Shown: positions 41,448 through 50,786 of the stretch, piece by piece
How the letters are laid out: each line of letters opens with the position of its first letter
How positions within the stretch are numbered: position 1 is the stretch's first letter
DNA from: an uncultured Gammaproteobacteria bacterium
GTDB lineage: Bacteria; Patescibacteriota; Patescibacteriia; UBA11705; JABHMO01
Direction: 5' to 3'
Length of the DNA: 64,000 bases
Assembly (NCBI GenBank): GCA_964565345.1
Contig: CAZMEQ010000001.1
Location: 9,838-73,837, forward strand
The notes under the pieces: generated by a model
The model's input: only the letters and a program-made list of their open reading frames with translations
Database searches by the model: none
What the model was told of the DNA's origin: nothing
Position numbers and translations under genes: made by a program

Positions 41448-41942
41448 ATGGACATAATCTCGCATGGTCTTTGGGGCGGCTTGGCCTTTGGCCGTAAAAA
41501 CAAGATACAGTATTTGTGGGGGGTGTTTTTCGGCGTCATGCCTGATCTGTTTTCTTTCGGTATTTTTACAATTGCCAGCTTTTTGGGTCTGGTTCAACGC
41601 CCTGAGTGGGGGAATGGAGTGCCTCATCCTGATACTATACCGGGCTTTGTACATATTCTGTATGATCTAACCCATAGCTTAATAATGTTTAGTTTAGTCT
41701 TTATCTTGGTTTGGTTGATACGTCGCAAACCATTTGTGCCACTTTTAGCCTGGGTTTTACATATTGCCATTGATATTCCAACACACTCGATTCAATTTTT
41801 CCCTACACCATTTTTAGAACCAATATCTGATTATGTATTTGACGGGATAAGTTGGGGCACGCCCATTGTTTTTTTCTCTAATTTAGGTTTGTTGTTTATT
41901 GGCTATGCAATTTGGTTTATAGCAAAACGTTTTAAAAAATAG
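41448..41942 (+). CDS. Membrane-bound metal-dependent hydrolase-like protein
   Basis: SHGL, PDL, THSL, HIAIDIPTH. Confidence 0.75.
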   Translation: MDIISHGLWGGLAFGRKNKIQYLWGVFFGVMPDLFSFGIFTIASFLGLVQRPEWGNGVPHPDTIPGFVHILYDLTHSLIMFSLVFILVWLIRRKPFVPLLAWVLHIAIDIPTHSIQFFPTPFLEPISDYVFDGISWGTPIVFFSNLGLLFIGYAIWFIAKRFKK

Positions 41943-42036
41943 AGCTTTTTATTCTAGGCTATGCCTAGATTTTATTTACATAAAAATTTACTTGTGCTAT
42001 ACTTGACTTGTCAATAATATTAATAAAAATATAATT

Positions 42037-42471
42037 ATGCATCAAGTATCAAACGAAGTCCGCTTGTTTACTGAATTAAGTCGGGCTGGCACTATACTTT
42101 CTAGTCGCTTAGATCGCGGTTTGGGCGGGTTAGGCTGGAATGAATTTCTAATTCTATTTTATCTTGATCAGAACGAGCCAAAAAAGTTGAGCCGTATTGA
42201 ATTAGCCGAAAAATTGGGGATGACGGCTTCGGGCATTACCAGATTATTGCTCCCCATGGAAAAAGTTCATTTAATCAAAAGTGGGCCAGTGGAAAACGAT
42301 GCGCGTGTTCGCGCAGTTATGCTAGACGCAGGAGGAAAGTTGCGTTTAGAAGAGTCGATGGCGCGTCTCAATGAATATGCAGAAGAAGTTTTTGAAGATG
42401 TGCCAGCGGAAACGGTCACAAAAACAATTAAGTCACTCAACAATTTTATTGGAAAAATTTTAGCGCTTTAA
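42037..42471 (+). CDS. MarR-family regulator
   Basis: LSRIELAEKLGMTASGITRLL, DAR. Confidence 0.88.
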   Translation: MHQVSNEVRLFTELSRAGTILSSRLDRGLGGLGWNEFLILFYLDQNEPKKLSRIELAEKLGMTASGITRLLLPMEKVHLIKSGPVENDARVRAVMLDAGGKLRLEESMARLNEYAEEVFEDVPAETVTKTIKSLNNFIGKILAL

Positions 42472-42492
42472 TTTGTTCAATCCTAAAATATT

Positions 42493-43077
42493 ATGATTGA
42501 CTCTGATAAAAATAGGTTGGTTAAAGATTATTTGTTAGGTGATAAGGATGCTTTGGAAGAATTAATTCGAGACGCTTTGCCTCATGTCTATCGTTATCTG
42601 TTTCGCTTTGTTTATAATGATGATAACGCACAAGAATTAACTCAAGAAACGTTTATTAAGGTTTGGCGTAAGATTAAGAGATTCGATACAAGAAAAAACT
42701 TTAACACGTGGGTATTGTCTATAGCACGGAATACGGCTATCGATTTTTTGCGTAAACAAAAACGAAAAGAGGTTGAAAGTATCAACACCCAAGAATGCGA
42801 GGGTGATTTTTTAGAAGAAACAGTGGCAGATGAGTTGCCGGCAATTGAGGTAGTATTGGATAATAATATATTGGCCACTCAGTTAGAAGACGCAATAAAA
42901 GCATTACCATTAAAATATCGGGAAACTCTTATGCTGTGTTTTTATGAAGATTTGAGTTTAGAAGAGATCTCTGTTATTCAAAACACTCCATTGAATACTG
43001 TTAAAACGCGTAAATTAAGAGGAATTAAGTTGCTTAAGTCAGAATTAGAAAGAATGAACCTAAATGATGAAAAATAA
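42493..43077 (+). CDS. ECF RNA polymerase sigma factor
   Basis: AQELTQETFIKVW, WVLSIARNTAIDFLRK, region 4 LNTVKTR. Confidence 0.92.
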   Translation: MIDSDKNRLVKDYLLGDKDALEELIRDALPHVYRYLFRFVYNDDNAQELTQETFIKVWRKIKRFDTRKNFNTWVLSIARNTAIDFLRKQKRKEVESINTQECEGDFLEETVADELPAIEVVLDNNILATQLEDAIKALPLKYRETLMLCFYEDLSLEEISVIQNTPLNTVKTRKLRGIKLLKSELERMNLNDEK

Positions 43078-43083
43078 CGTATA
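43055..43083 (+). promoter_or_regulatory. ECF-type promoter at the 3' end of the sigma gene
   Basis: TGAACC-N17-CGTATA, followed by ATG at 43091. Confidence 0.55.
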
Positions 43084-43090
43084 TATTAGT

Positions 43091-43495
43091 ATGAGCCATA
43101 ACATAAAAAAATTTTTTCAAAGCTTGCCAGATGTTCAGGTCCCGGCTGGATTGAATGAGAAAATTTTGCATGAAATTTTTAGACGTCAAAAAAGAGCGGG
43201 TTTAATCAAAGCTGTTATTTTTAGTTCGTTATCTGTTATTTTTGGCCTATCATTGATAATGTCGATAGATTACATGCTGGGGATGGCTGTTGCTAGTGGT
43301 TTTGTTCAATTTTTGTCATTGCTTTTAACTGATGCTACCCAGTTAATAGGTTCTTCTAGCTATTATTATATTTTAGCTCAAACGGTTCCGGTTTTTGGAG
43401 TCTTCTTGGTTATGAGTTTTTTGATTATGTTTTTGCAGACGGCAAGGCTTGGGTTAAATAATTTTCGGAGAATTAATTTTGGACAAAATAATTAA
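43091..43495 (+). CDS. Putative membrane anti-sigma factor
   Basis: Follows the ECF gene; short N-terminal helix plus TM segments. Confidence 0.6.
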   Translation: MSHNIKKFFQSLPDVQVPAGLNEKILHEIFRRQKRAGLIKAVIFSSLSVIFGLSLIMSIDYMLGMAVASGFVQFLSLLLTDATQLIGSSSYYYILAQTVPVFGVFLVMSFLIMFLQTARLGLNNFRRINFGQNN

Positions 43496-43501
43496 AATAA
43501 T

Positions 43502-43972
43502 ATGAATGAGTTATTAAAGAACAAAATTTTTCAAGTTTTTATTTTAGTTTTATGCGTTTTGTTGGTATTTATATCTGGCTTTTGGCTTGGGTTAAGAGTT
43601 GGGGAACATCAGCGTGGCTTTGCTAGAGACTGGAGCGATAATTACCATAAGAATTTTGCTGGACCGCGTGGTGGCTTCTTAAAAGAGATGAGGGACCACG
43701 AGTTTATAAATGCCAATGGGGTTTTTGGTCAAATTATAAAAATAGAAGGAACAACAGTGATTGCCAAAGGCGAGGCAGATATTGAAAAAATTATTATGGT
43801 TAGTGAAAGAACCATTATAAATAGAGGGCCAGAAAAAATAAATGTTTCTCAACTCCAAGTTGATGATAACATTATTGTCGTGGGGGAGCCAGATAATCAA
43901 GGGCGGATAATGGCCAAATTAATCCGTGTTATGCCACCTAAGCTAATAACACCCACGGAGCCAGCTAATTAG
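43502..43972 (+). CDS. Membrane-anchored DUF5666-like OB-fold protein
   Basis: TM helix then GQIIKI...LQVDDNIIVVG...AKLIRV. Confidence 0.6.
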   Translation: MNELLKNKIFQVFILVLCVLLVFISGFWLGLRVGEHQRGFARDWSDNYHKNFAGPRGGFLKEMRDHEFINANGVFGQIIKIEGTTVIAKGEADIEKIIMVSERTIINRGPEKINVSQLQVDDNIIVVGEPDNQGRIMAKLIRVMPPKLITPTEPAN

Positions 43973-43984
43973 AGTAAATTTATT

Positions 43985-45931
43985 ATGAATTTAATTAATA
44001 AAATTATACCTTTGATAAGAAGTCACAAAATTATTGCTGTTATAGGTTTAATAGGAGTTTGTCTGGGTGGTTACTTAACTTATCATTATGCAACTAGTGG
44101 TAGTTTAAAAACACGTTATCAGTTTTCAACAGTAGAACGAGGCACTATTATTAAATCTGTTTCTGGTAGCGGACAAATCGTGGCTTCGAGCCAAATTGAG
44201 ATCAAGCCAAAGGTCTCTGGCGATGTTATAAAGGTAGCAGTGAAAAAAGGGCAGGAAGTTAAGGCGGGTGATTTATTGATTCAATTGGATTCTGGCGATG
44301 CTTGGAAGGATGTACGTGATGCTCAGTTAAATTTAAGAAGTGCGCAGCTGGCCTATAAAGAAGTGAAGGATGGCGCAACTGAAGCAGAACTTTTACAAGC
44401 AGAGAACTCTTTAAATAGTGCTAAAACTACCGTTGAAAAGTTAAAATTATCACAACAGGATGGATATATGGAGGCCTTAGAGACAAAAGATAAACTAAAG
44501 GATTCCATTGTCAAATCTTACGACGATATGTTCAATGAAATTTCTGATTCCTTTTTGGATTTCCCGGATGTTATTACTGGCTTGAACGAAGTTCTTTATG
44601 GTGACGGGATAGCAGATGCGGAAATTGCGGTAAATTCCGGTACCTTAAATTTGGATGCGTTAGTAAATACAATACGAAAAGAGGGGAACAAGGGGAAGGT
44701 TGTTAGTTTAAGAGCTTTAGCCGAGAGTAATTATAAAGAAGCACGAACAAAATATGATACTACTTTTTCCGAGTATAAATATTTAACTCGAGCTTCTCAA
44801 CAAGAAGATTTAAATTCTTTTTTACAAAAAACAATTGACCTCACCAGGAGCTTGTTTGAAACAGCGAAAAGCGAGAGTAATTTGTTAGATTCTTGGGTAG
44901 ATGTTCAAACGATTGAGGGGGCGTCAATTTTTAGTACCGTAACAGCATACCAGAATGATTTAGCTGGTTACTTGGGTACAATCAATTCGCATTTAACCAG
45001 CTTATTGTCGGTTGAAAGCACATTGGAATCAAATATAATCTCTCTAGCGCAGAAAGAAAGAAATATTCAATCCTTAGTTCAAAATAATCCCCTTGACTTA
45101 GCATCTGCAGAAGCCACCTTAAAAGAAAGACAACTTGCTTATGATAAAATAAAAGCTGGTCCAGATGAAGCTGATTTGTTGACGCAAGAAATTTCGTTAC
45201 GCCAAAGGCAAAATGCACTTCTAGATGCACAAGAAAATTATGCTGAATATGCAGTCAAAGCTCCTTTTGATGGGGTCGTCGCTGATTTAAATATTACCAA
45301 GGGTGACAGTGTAACTTCTTCTTTGTCTATAGCGACGATTATTACAAAGCAGCAAACCGCAGTGTTGTCATTAAACGAAGTTGATGTTGCCAAGGTCGAT
45401 GTTGGGCAAAAAGCCAATGTAACCTTTGATGCTTTGGACGATTTGAACATTACGGGACAAGTTGCGGAAGTCGATTCTTTGGGAACGACTTCGCAGGGTG
45501 TTGTCTCTTATGAAGTAAAAATATTACTTGATGTTCAAGATGAACAGGTTAAACCCGGAATGTCTGTTTCCGTTGATATAACAACTGAAGCTAAAACAGA
45601 CGTTTTGGTTATCCCAAGTTCAGCTATTAAAAGTTTGGGCGAGACTTATTATGTTCAGATACCAAATAAAAAAATTACTGATTCTGACGCTTTTTCAACT
45701 GCCGGGATTGAGTATCCTGGTGAATTTACTATGCAAGTGATTGAAACTGGTATGAGCAGTGATACGGATACCGAAGTTATGTCCGGTCTAGCTGAAGGCG
45801 ATCAAATTTTGCTAAAAACAATAGCTAATACCAATAATAATAATTCAAACGGGGCTACGCAAACGAAAAGTCTTTTACAAACAACAGCTGGCATGGGTGG
45901 TGGTATGGGGCGTGTTCCCATGGGACGATAG
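43985..45931 (+). CDS. MacA/HlyD-family periplasmic adaptor subunit
   Basis: VSGSGQI, VKKGQEVKAGD, long coiled coil, APFDGVV, KPGMSV. Confidence 0.9.
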   Translation: MNLINKIIPLIRSHKIIAVIGLIGVCLGGYLTYHYATSGSLKTRYQFSTVERGTIIKSVSGSGQIVASSQIEIKPKVSGDVIKVAVKKGQEVKAGDLLIQLDSGDAWKDVRDAQLNLRSAQLAYKEVKDGATEAELLQAENSLNSAKTTVEKLKLSQQDGYMEALETKDKLKDSIVKSYDDMFNEISDSFLDFPDVITGLNEVLYGDGIADAEIAVNSGTLNLDALVNTIRKEGNKGKVVSLRALAESNYKEARTKYDTTFSEYKYLTRASQQEDLNSFLQKTIDLTRSLFETAKSESNLLDSWVDVQTIEGASIFSTVTAYQNDLAGYLGTINSHLTSLLSVESTLESNIISLAQKERNIQSLVQNNPLDLASAEATLKERQLAYDKIKAGPDEADLLTQEISLRQRQNALLDAQENYAEYAVKAPFDGVVADLNITKGDSVTSSLSIATIITKQQTAVLSLNEVDVAKVDVGQKANVTFDALDDLNITGQVAEVDSLGTTSQGVVSYEVKILLDVQDEQVKPGMSVSVDITTEAKTDVLVIPSSAIKSLGETYYVQIPNKKITDSDAFSTAGIEYPGEFTMQVIETGMSSDTDTEVMSGLAEGDQILLKTIANTNNNNSNGATQTKSLLQTTAGMGGGMGRVPMGR

Positions 45932-45934
45932 ATT

Positions 45935-46615
45935 ATGTTTGAATGTAAAAATATTACAAAATGCTACCCCAGTGGGGATGACAACGTAGAAGTTTTAAAA
46001 GGGTTGTCATTTTTGGTACGTGATGGTGAGTTTGTAGCCATAGTTGGCCCATCGGGTTCTGGTAAATCAACTTTGATGCATATCCTGGGAGCGCTGGATA
46101 CTCCTACAACAGGAAAATACTATATTGATGGCGAAGACCTTTCAACTCTGGATGATGATGCTTTAGCAAAAATGAGAAAATTGAAAATCGGATTTGTTTT
46201 TCAGGCGTTTAATCTATTGCCCCGTGCCACTGTTTTACGGAATGTAATGTTGCCATTGGTTTACGCCAATGTTCAACCAAAAGAAAGAGAAAAAAAAGCG
46301 CGTTTGGTTTTAAATAGTGTGGGCATTGAAGAGGATAGATTTAATCATCACTCTAATCAGCTCTCTGGAGGTCAAATGCAACGCGTGGCTATAGCACGAG
46401 CCTTGATAAATCAACCGGTTTTGATCTTGGCCGATGAACCAACGGGCAATTTAGACACTAAAACCGGTGCATTAGTTTTGGATTTATTTAAAAAATTAAA
46501 TCGAGAAGAACACAGAACCATAGTAATAATTACTCACGATATGGAGGTGGCCAGATCAGCAGATAGGATAATTTCCATTCGTGATGGAGTAATTGTCTCA
46601 GATATTTATGCTTAG
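45935..46615 (+). CDS. ABC transporter ATP-binding protein (MacB/LolD type)
   Basis: GPSGSGKST, LSGGQMQRV, LADEPTGNLD. Confidence 0.95.
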   Translation: MFECKNITKCYPSGDDNVEVLKGLSFLVRDGEFVAIVGPSGSGKSTLMHILGALDTPTTGKYYIDGEDLSTLDDDALAKMRKLKIGFVFQAFNLLPRATVLRNVMLPLVYANVQPKEREKKARLVLNSVGIEEDRFNHHSNQLSGGQMQRVAIARALINQPVLILADEPTGNLDTKTGALVLDLFKKLNREEHRTIVIITHDMEVARSADRIISIRDGVIVSDIYA

Positions 46616-47831
46616 ACAAGATGTTTTAGAAGAAATTTATTTATCTTTAGTGGCCAATAAAGCCCGATCATTTTTAACAATATTAGGGATAGTTATTGGT
46701 ATCGGTTCTGTTATTGCGATGATTGCCATAGGTCAGGGATCTCAGTCAAGTATAGAAAGCAGTATCCAATCTTTGGGATCTAACTTGATACAAGTTTATC
46801 CTGGTATGCAGCGTGGCGTTGGTATGCAGGTGAGCCAGGGGCGGGGTAGCGCACAAACTTTAGTGATGGAAGATGTCGACGCCATGGAAAGTCAGTTGAC
46901 TGGGGTCGAAGCTATCGCTCCAGAACTTTCCAATCGTTATCAAGTAACAGCCAAGGGAACAAATACGAATACTTCAGTTGTTGGAGTCACTTCAAATTAT
47001 CTGGGAGTTCGTAATGTCGAAATTGCTAATGGATTATTTATTTCTGATCAGAATAATGTCGCCAGATCAAAAGTCGCAGTTTTGGGGCCAGCGGTGATTG
47101 AAGATTTATTTGGGGAGGGAGTCGATGTTATTGGAAAAACAATTAAAATTAATAACTTGAATTTTCAAATTATAGGAACAACCGTGTCTAAGGGCGGCAC
47201 GGGGTTTGGTAGTCAGGATGATATGATTTTCATCCCATTAGAGACCGCACAACAATATTTATCCGGGAGTCAACGTTTAAGTACTGTAAGCGTTAAGGCT
47301 CAAAACGCAGAAGACATGACACAGATACAAACAGACATAACAAATTTATTGTTAGCACGACATAATATCTCAGATCCAACTATGGCTGATTTTTCAGTAT
47401 TAAACCAATCAGATATTGTGAGCGCTGCTTCATCTGTTACAGATACATTTACATTGTTGCTTGGTTCAGTCGCAGCGATCTCATTGCTTGTTGGCGGAAT
47501 TGGTATTATGAATATGATGTTAACCAACGTGACCGAGAGAACAAGGGAAATTGGGTTACGTAAATCAATTGGTGCAACTAGAAAAGAAATAAACAATCAA
47601 TTTTTAGCCGAAGCAGCGACATTAACTGTTTTAGGTGGAATTTTTGGTGTTTTAATTGGTTGGTTGGTAGCTTTAATAGTTAAAAAAATTGGAGGTATAA
47701 GTACGAACGTAACCTTATCGTCTGTCATTTTAGCTTTTGGAGTTTCTGCTGCAATTGGTATTGTTTTTGGCTACTATCCTGCGAAGCGTGCTTCTAAGCT
47801 CAATCCTATTGAGGCTTTACGTCACGAATAA
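46608..47831 (+). CDS. ABC transporter permease (MacB/FtsX type)
   Basis: RSFLTILGIVIG, GGIGIMNMML..VTERTREIG, PIEALRHE. Confidence 0.95.
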   Translation: MLRQDVLEEIYLSLVANKARSFLTILGIVIGIGSVIAMIAIGQGSQSSIESSIQSLGSNLIQVYPGMQRGVGMQVSQGRGSAQTLVMEDVDAMESQLTGVEAIAPELSNRYQVTAKGTNTNTSVVGVTSNYLGVRNVEIANGLFISDQNNVARSKVAVLGPAVIEDLFGEGVDVIGKTIKINNLNFQIIGTTVSKGGTGFGSQDDMIFIPLETAQQYLSGSQRLSTVSVKAQNAEDMTQIQTDITNLLLARHNISDPTMADFSVLNQSDIVSAASSVTDTFTLLLGSVAAISLLVGGIGIMNMMLTNVTERTREIGLRKSIGATRKEINNQFLAEAATLTVLGGIFGVLIGWLVALIVKKIGGISTNVTLSSVILAFGVSAAIGIVFGYYPAKRASKLNPIEALRHE

Positions 47832-47850
47832 ATAATAAATATAGTTATCT

Positions 47851-48309
47851 ATGAACAAAAAAAACGTTATTTTATGTGCAGTCGGAGGAGCTATTATTTT
47901 AGCACTGGGCTTCGCTGGTGGATTGGGGGTATCAAAATTAAGTAAAAATAATCGTAATTTTGGTCAAGGTCAACTTTTTGATGGGAGTAAAATGGGGATG
48001 ATGGGAAACCTAAAAAATAGTGGGCGTGGTTTAGGTTCTGGTTTTAACAATGGTGAAGTTTTATCCATTGATGATAAAAGTATAATAATTAAATTGCCGA
48101 GTGGTGGTTCAAAAAGCATACTTTACTCTGACTCAACCAAAGTCTATAAATCTGTGGAAGGGGCTTTAACAGATATAAATACAGGGGATAGAATTATGGT
48201 GATTGGAAAAAATAATACAGATGGGAGTGTCAGTGCGGAAAGTATTCAAATACAACAAGTTCAGCCTGTGGAAATAGCACCAACAGAAAAGGAAGAAATA
48301 AAAAAATAA
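47851..48309 (+). CDS. Membrane-anchored DUF5666-like protein
   Basis: TM helix, Gly-rich linker, GEVLSIDD...DGSVSAESIQI. Confidence 0.7.
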   Translation: MNKKNVILCAVGGAIILALGFAGGLGVSKLSKNNRNFGQGQLFDGSKMGMMGNLKNSGRGLGSGFNNGEVLSIDDKSIIIKLPSGGSKSILYSDSTKVYKSVEGALTDINTGDRIMVIGKNNTDGSVSAESIQIQQVQPVEIAPTEKEEIKK

Positions 48310-48320
48310 GTAGAAATATA

Positions 48321-48358
48321 AAAAATCTCCCCCACACCTATGCGTAGATGTGGGGGAG
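48321..48358 (-). terminator. Intrinsic terminator of cassette 5
   Basis: Minus strand CTCCCCCACATCTA-cgca-TAGGTGTGGGGGAG then ATTTTT. Confidence 0.8.
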
Positions 48359-48363
48359 TTGCG

Positions 48364-49041
48364 TCAGTTCTTGCGCCCTCCCTTGCCCATGATCTTGAGC
48401 AGCTGGAGGAAGAGGTTGGCGATGTCGAGGTAGATCGCGACGGCGCTGTCCACCGCGTTGTCCAGGGTTCGCGGCAGCTGTACCGCGCGGTTCCAGTCGT
48501 AGATGATGTACAGGGTGAACAGCAATGCAGCCGCGTAGTCGATGAAGGGCCAGTCGTAGAGGTTGTTGCTCACTCCGAAACTGGCCGCGATGAGCTGTCC
48601 GAAGCGAACGAAGACGAGCACGGTGAGCGCACCGAACAGGTAGCCGCCCCAGCTCAGGAGGAGCGTGGGGAAGGCGACTCCGATGATGCTCATGACCACG
48701 GTCACAGCTGCGGTGGCCACGAGTGCGTTCACGACCACGGCGCTCTGGTACAGGTTGACCGTGGGGCCCATGATGGCACCCAGGCCGCAGACCACCATCA
48801 GGTAGCCCACCAGGCTCACCAGCCAGTTGTCGCTGCCCATCGCGATGAAGATGCCGATGATCGGGATGACCAGGCCCACCCCCAGCGCGGCCCAGATGTT
48901 GGGCTGCCAGGGCATGGTGAGGAAGGCGATACCGGCGGAGATAATGAGCCCCACCATCGTGAAGCCCGAGACCGCGAAGATGTACTCGCGGAGGCTGAGC
49001 TCCGAACCGATGCCTCGTTGTTCCGAACGTTCCCAAACCAT
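48364..49041 (-). CDS. High-GC cassette 5: Bax inhibitor-1/YccA family membrane protein
   Basis: About 7 TM helices; YIIYDWNR...AVAIYLDIANLFLQLL signature. Confidence 0.88.
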   Translation of the reverse strand: MVWERSEQRGIGSELSLREYIFAVSGFTMVGLIISAGIAFLTMPWQPNIWAALGVGLVIPIIGIFIAMGSDNWLVSLVGYLMVVCGLGAIMGPTVNLYQSAVVVNALVATAAVTVVMSIIGVAFPTLLLSWGGYLFGALTVLVFVRFGQLIAASFGVSNNLYDWPFIDYAAALLFTLYIIYDWNRAVQLPRTLDNAVDSAVAIYLDIANLFLQLLKIMGKGGRKN

Positions 49042-49105
49042 GCTGGAAAGACCTATCTGACCCTCCACTTTTATAGGGAATTCATCTGTCCGAAATGGAC
49101 TTAAT

Positions 49106-49134
49106 ATTGTAATATAAAGACTAGTATTTGTCAA
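49106..49134 (-). promoter_or_regulatory. sigma70 promoter of GC cassette 5
   Basis: TTGACA-N17-TACAAT on the minus strand. Confidence 0.75.
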
Positions 49135-49331
49135 GGTAGGAGTTTTTATGTTTTCACCTAAAATTACACCTTATATTGACATTTTAGTCGTAATGCGCTA
49201 TACTTAAGATGTTTGTTAGGTGCTCAAAGAGTTTCCAAGGCCAAAGATCTTTAGTCTTTCGTGCGGAAGAAAGTTATTTGAGGTAAAGTGTCGACCTGCA
49301 ACATTTTATTAAAAAGACTAAGTACAGTACT

Positions 49332-49589
49332 ATGGCAAAGAAACTTTTTGTTGGCAGCATTGCCTTCAAAACAACTGACGAAGGTTTACGAGCTTTTTTC
49401 GAAACAGTCGGTACAGTTGAAACAGCTACTATCATCAAAGATAGAATGACTGGTCGTTCAAAAGGCTTTGGTTTCGTTGAAATGTCAAATGACGACGAAG
49501 CTATGAAAGCTATTGAACAGCTTAATGGTAAGGAATTAGATGGCCGCGCTATCGTTGTAAACGAAGCTCGCCCTCGTGAAGATAAATAA
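49332..49589 (+). CDS. RRM (RNP-1) RNA-binding protein
   Basis: RNP2 LFVGSI, RNP1 KGFGFVEM, VNEARPRE. Confidence 0.95.
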   Translation: MAKKLFVGSIAFKTTDEGLRAFFETVGTVETATIIKDRMTGRSKGFGFVEMSNDDEAMKAIEQLNGKELDGRAIVVNEARPREDK

Positions 49590-49600
49590 TTTCTTCCAAT

Positions 49601-49642
49601 AAAAAACCCTCCTTCGCCTAATCGGCTTCGGAGGGTTTTTTT
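49601..49642. terminator. Bidirectional terminator whose loop is a REP-like palindrome
   Basis: A6-CCCTCC-TTCGCCTAATCGGCTTC-GGAGGG-T7. Confidence 0.75.
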
Positions 49643-49663
49643 ATTGTGTTTGAATCTACAAGC

Positions 49664-50632
49664 TTAGTAACCGACTCTGGCAGCACTGCGCATATCAGAT
49701 TCGAATTGTGCTTGATTAGCACGGTATCTTTCTAGGGCTATTGAAGCGGCATTAGTTCTGCCCATAGCAAATCGGTCATAATATTCACGCATTAACTTAT
49801 CTGGGTCAATTTTTTCAGCTGATGCTAATTTTGCACGAGCAGCTTTTTGCTCTGGGGTTCTGAATAGAATACTGGCATCAAGAAATTTTAAACCAAGGTT
49901 TCGGAAAGCGCCAAAAAATCCTTTAGCTTTTTCTCCTGAAGCTTTTTTTGAAGCATCAAGTTCAGCTTTTGCTTTTTCAACTTCTGAAAAAGCACTAAGA
50001 ACTTCGAGTCTTTTATTGTCTTGAGCTACTTCTAAGTCGAATTTCTGCATGGCCAAGGTGTGCTCGGCTAGTTGAAGTTCAAGGTTTTCTAAGATTTGTT
50101 CTTGAGTTCTGATTTTGCTTATTAAACGACTACGTTCATTGGCACTTTTCATTGCTTCATCGTGGTTGTAACCTTCTGCACTATTTCTTTCCTTTGGTGA
50201 AAGTACGGCCATCTCTGGTAAAGCGGCTAATTCGCTTTTTAATTTTTCTAAAGAGACAGCTTCGGTTTGTAAACGTCCTGCGCAATCAACCTGTTTTGTC
50301 GCTTCCATCCAAGATAAATAGCGAGGACTTGTTTTATCCCAAGATGCTTTTACTTCTTTGGCTGCTTCAGGTGTTAACCCTTTTTTACGTGTCGCTGCTT
50401 CTTCACGGAAAAATTTATTAGCAGCTTGAAAACGTTCAGTTGCGTCTACAGCATAAACTGAGACTTGTTTACCCCAAAATACTGATTCTGGTGCATTAGC
50501 ATCTTCACCCTCAACAACAGAAAGTTTTGGAGCTTCTGCTTCGCTACGTTTTTCTTCTGGCTCTAATTCTGTCTTTGGAGCTTCAGCTGGTTTAACAGCA
50601 GCTGATCCACGGAACATGTCAAAAATTCCCAT
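49664..50632 (-). CDS. Hypothetical Ala/Glu/Lys-rich coiled-coil protein
   Basis: 322-aa ORF; consensus promoter TTGACA-N17-TATAAT at 50721-50693. Confidence 0.75.
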   Translation of the reverse strand: MGIFDMFRGSAAVKPAEAPKTELEPEEKRSEAEAPKLSVVEGEDANAPESVFWGKQVSVYAVDATERFQAANKFFREEAATRKKGLTPEAAKEVKASWDKTSPRYLSWMEATKQVDCAGRLQTEAVSLEKLKSELAALPEMAVLSPKERNSAEGYNHDEAMKSANERSRLISKIRTQEQILENLELQLAEHTLAMQKFDLEVAQDNKRLEVLSAFSEVEKAKAELDASKKASGEKAKGFFGAFRNLGLKFLDASILFRTPEQKAARAKLASAEKIDPDKLMREYYDRFAMGRTNAASIALERYRANQAQFESDMRSAARVGY

Positions 50633-50786
50633 AGAATTTTCAATTAAGTTAATTTTGAAAAGCTTATATACAAATTAATTATTACATATACAATTATAGC
50701 ATACTTTTTATTATTTGTCAAACATTTTGTCTAAATTTAGTTAAAATTTTGCGAAATTATGAGAAATGAGTATAATTAAGCTGTTT

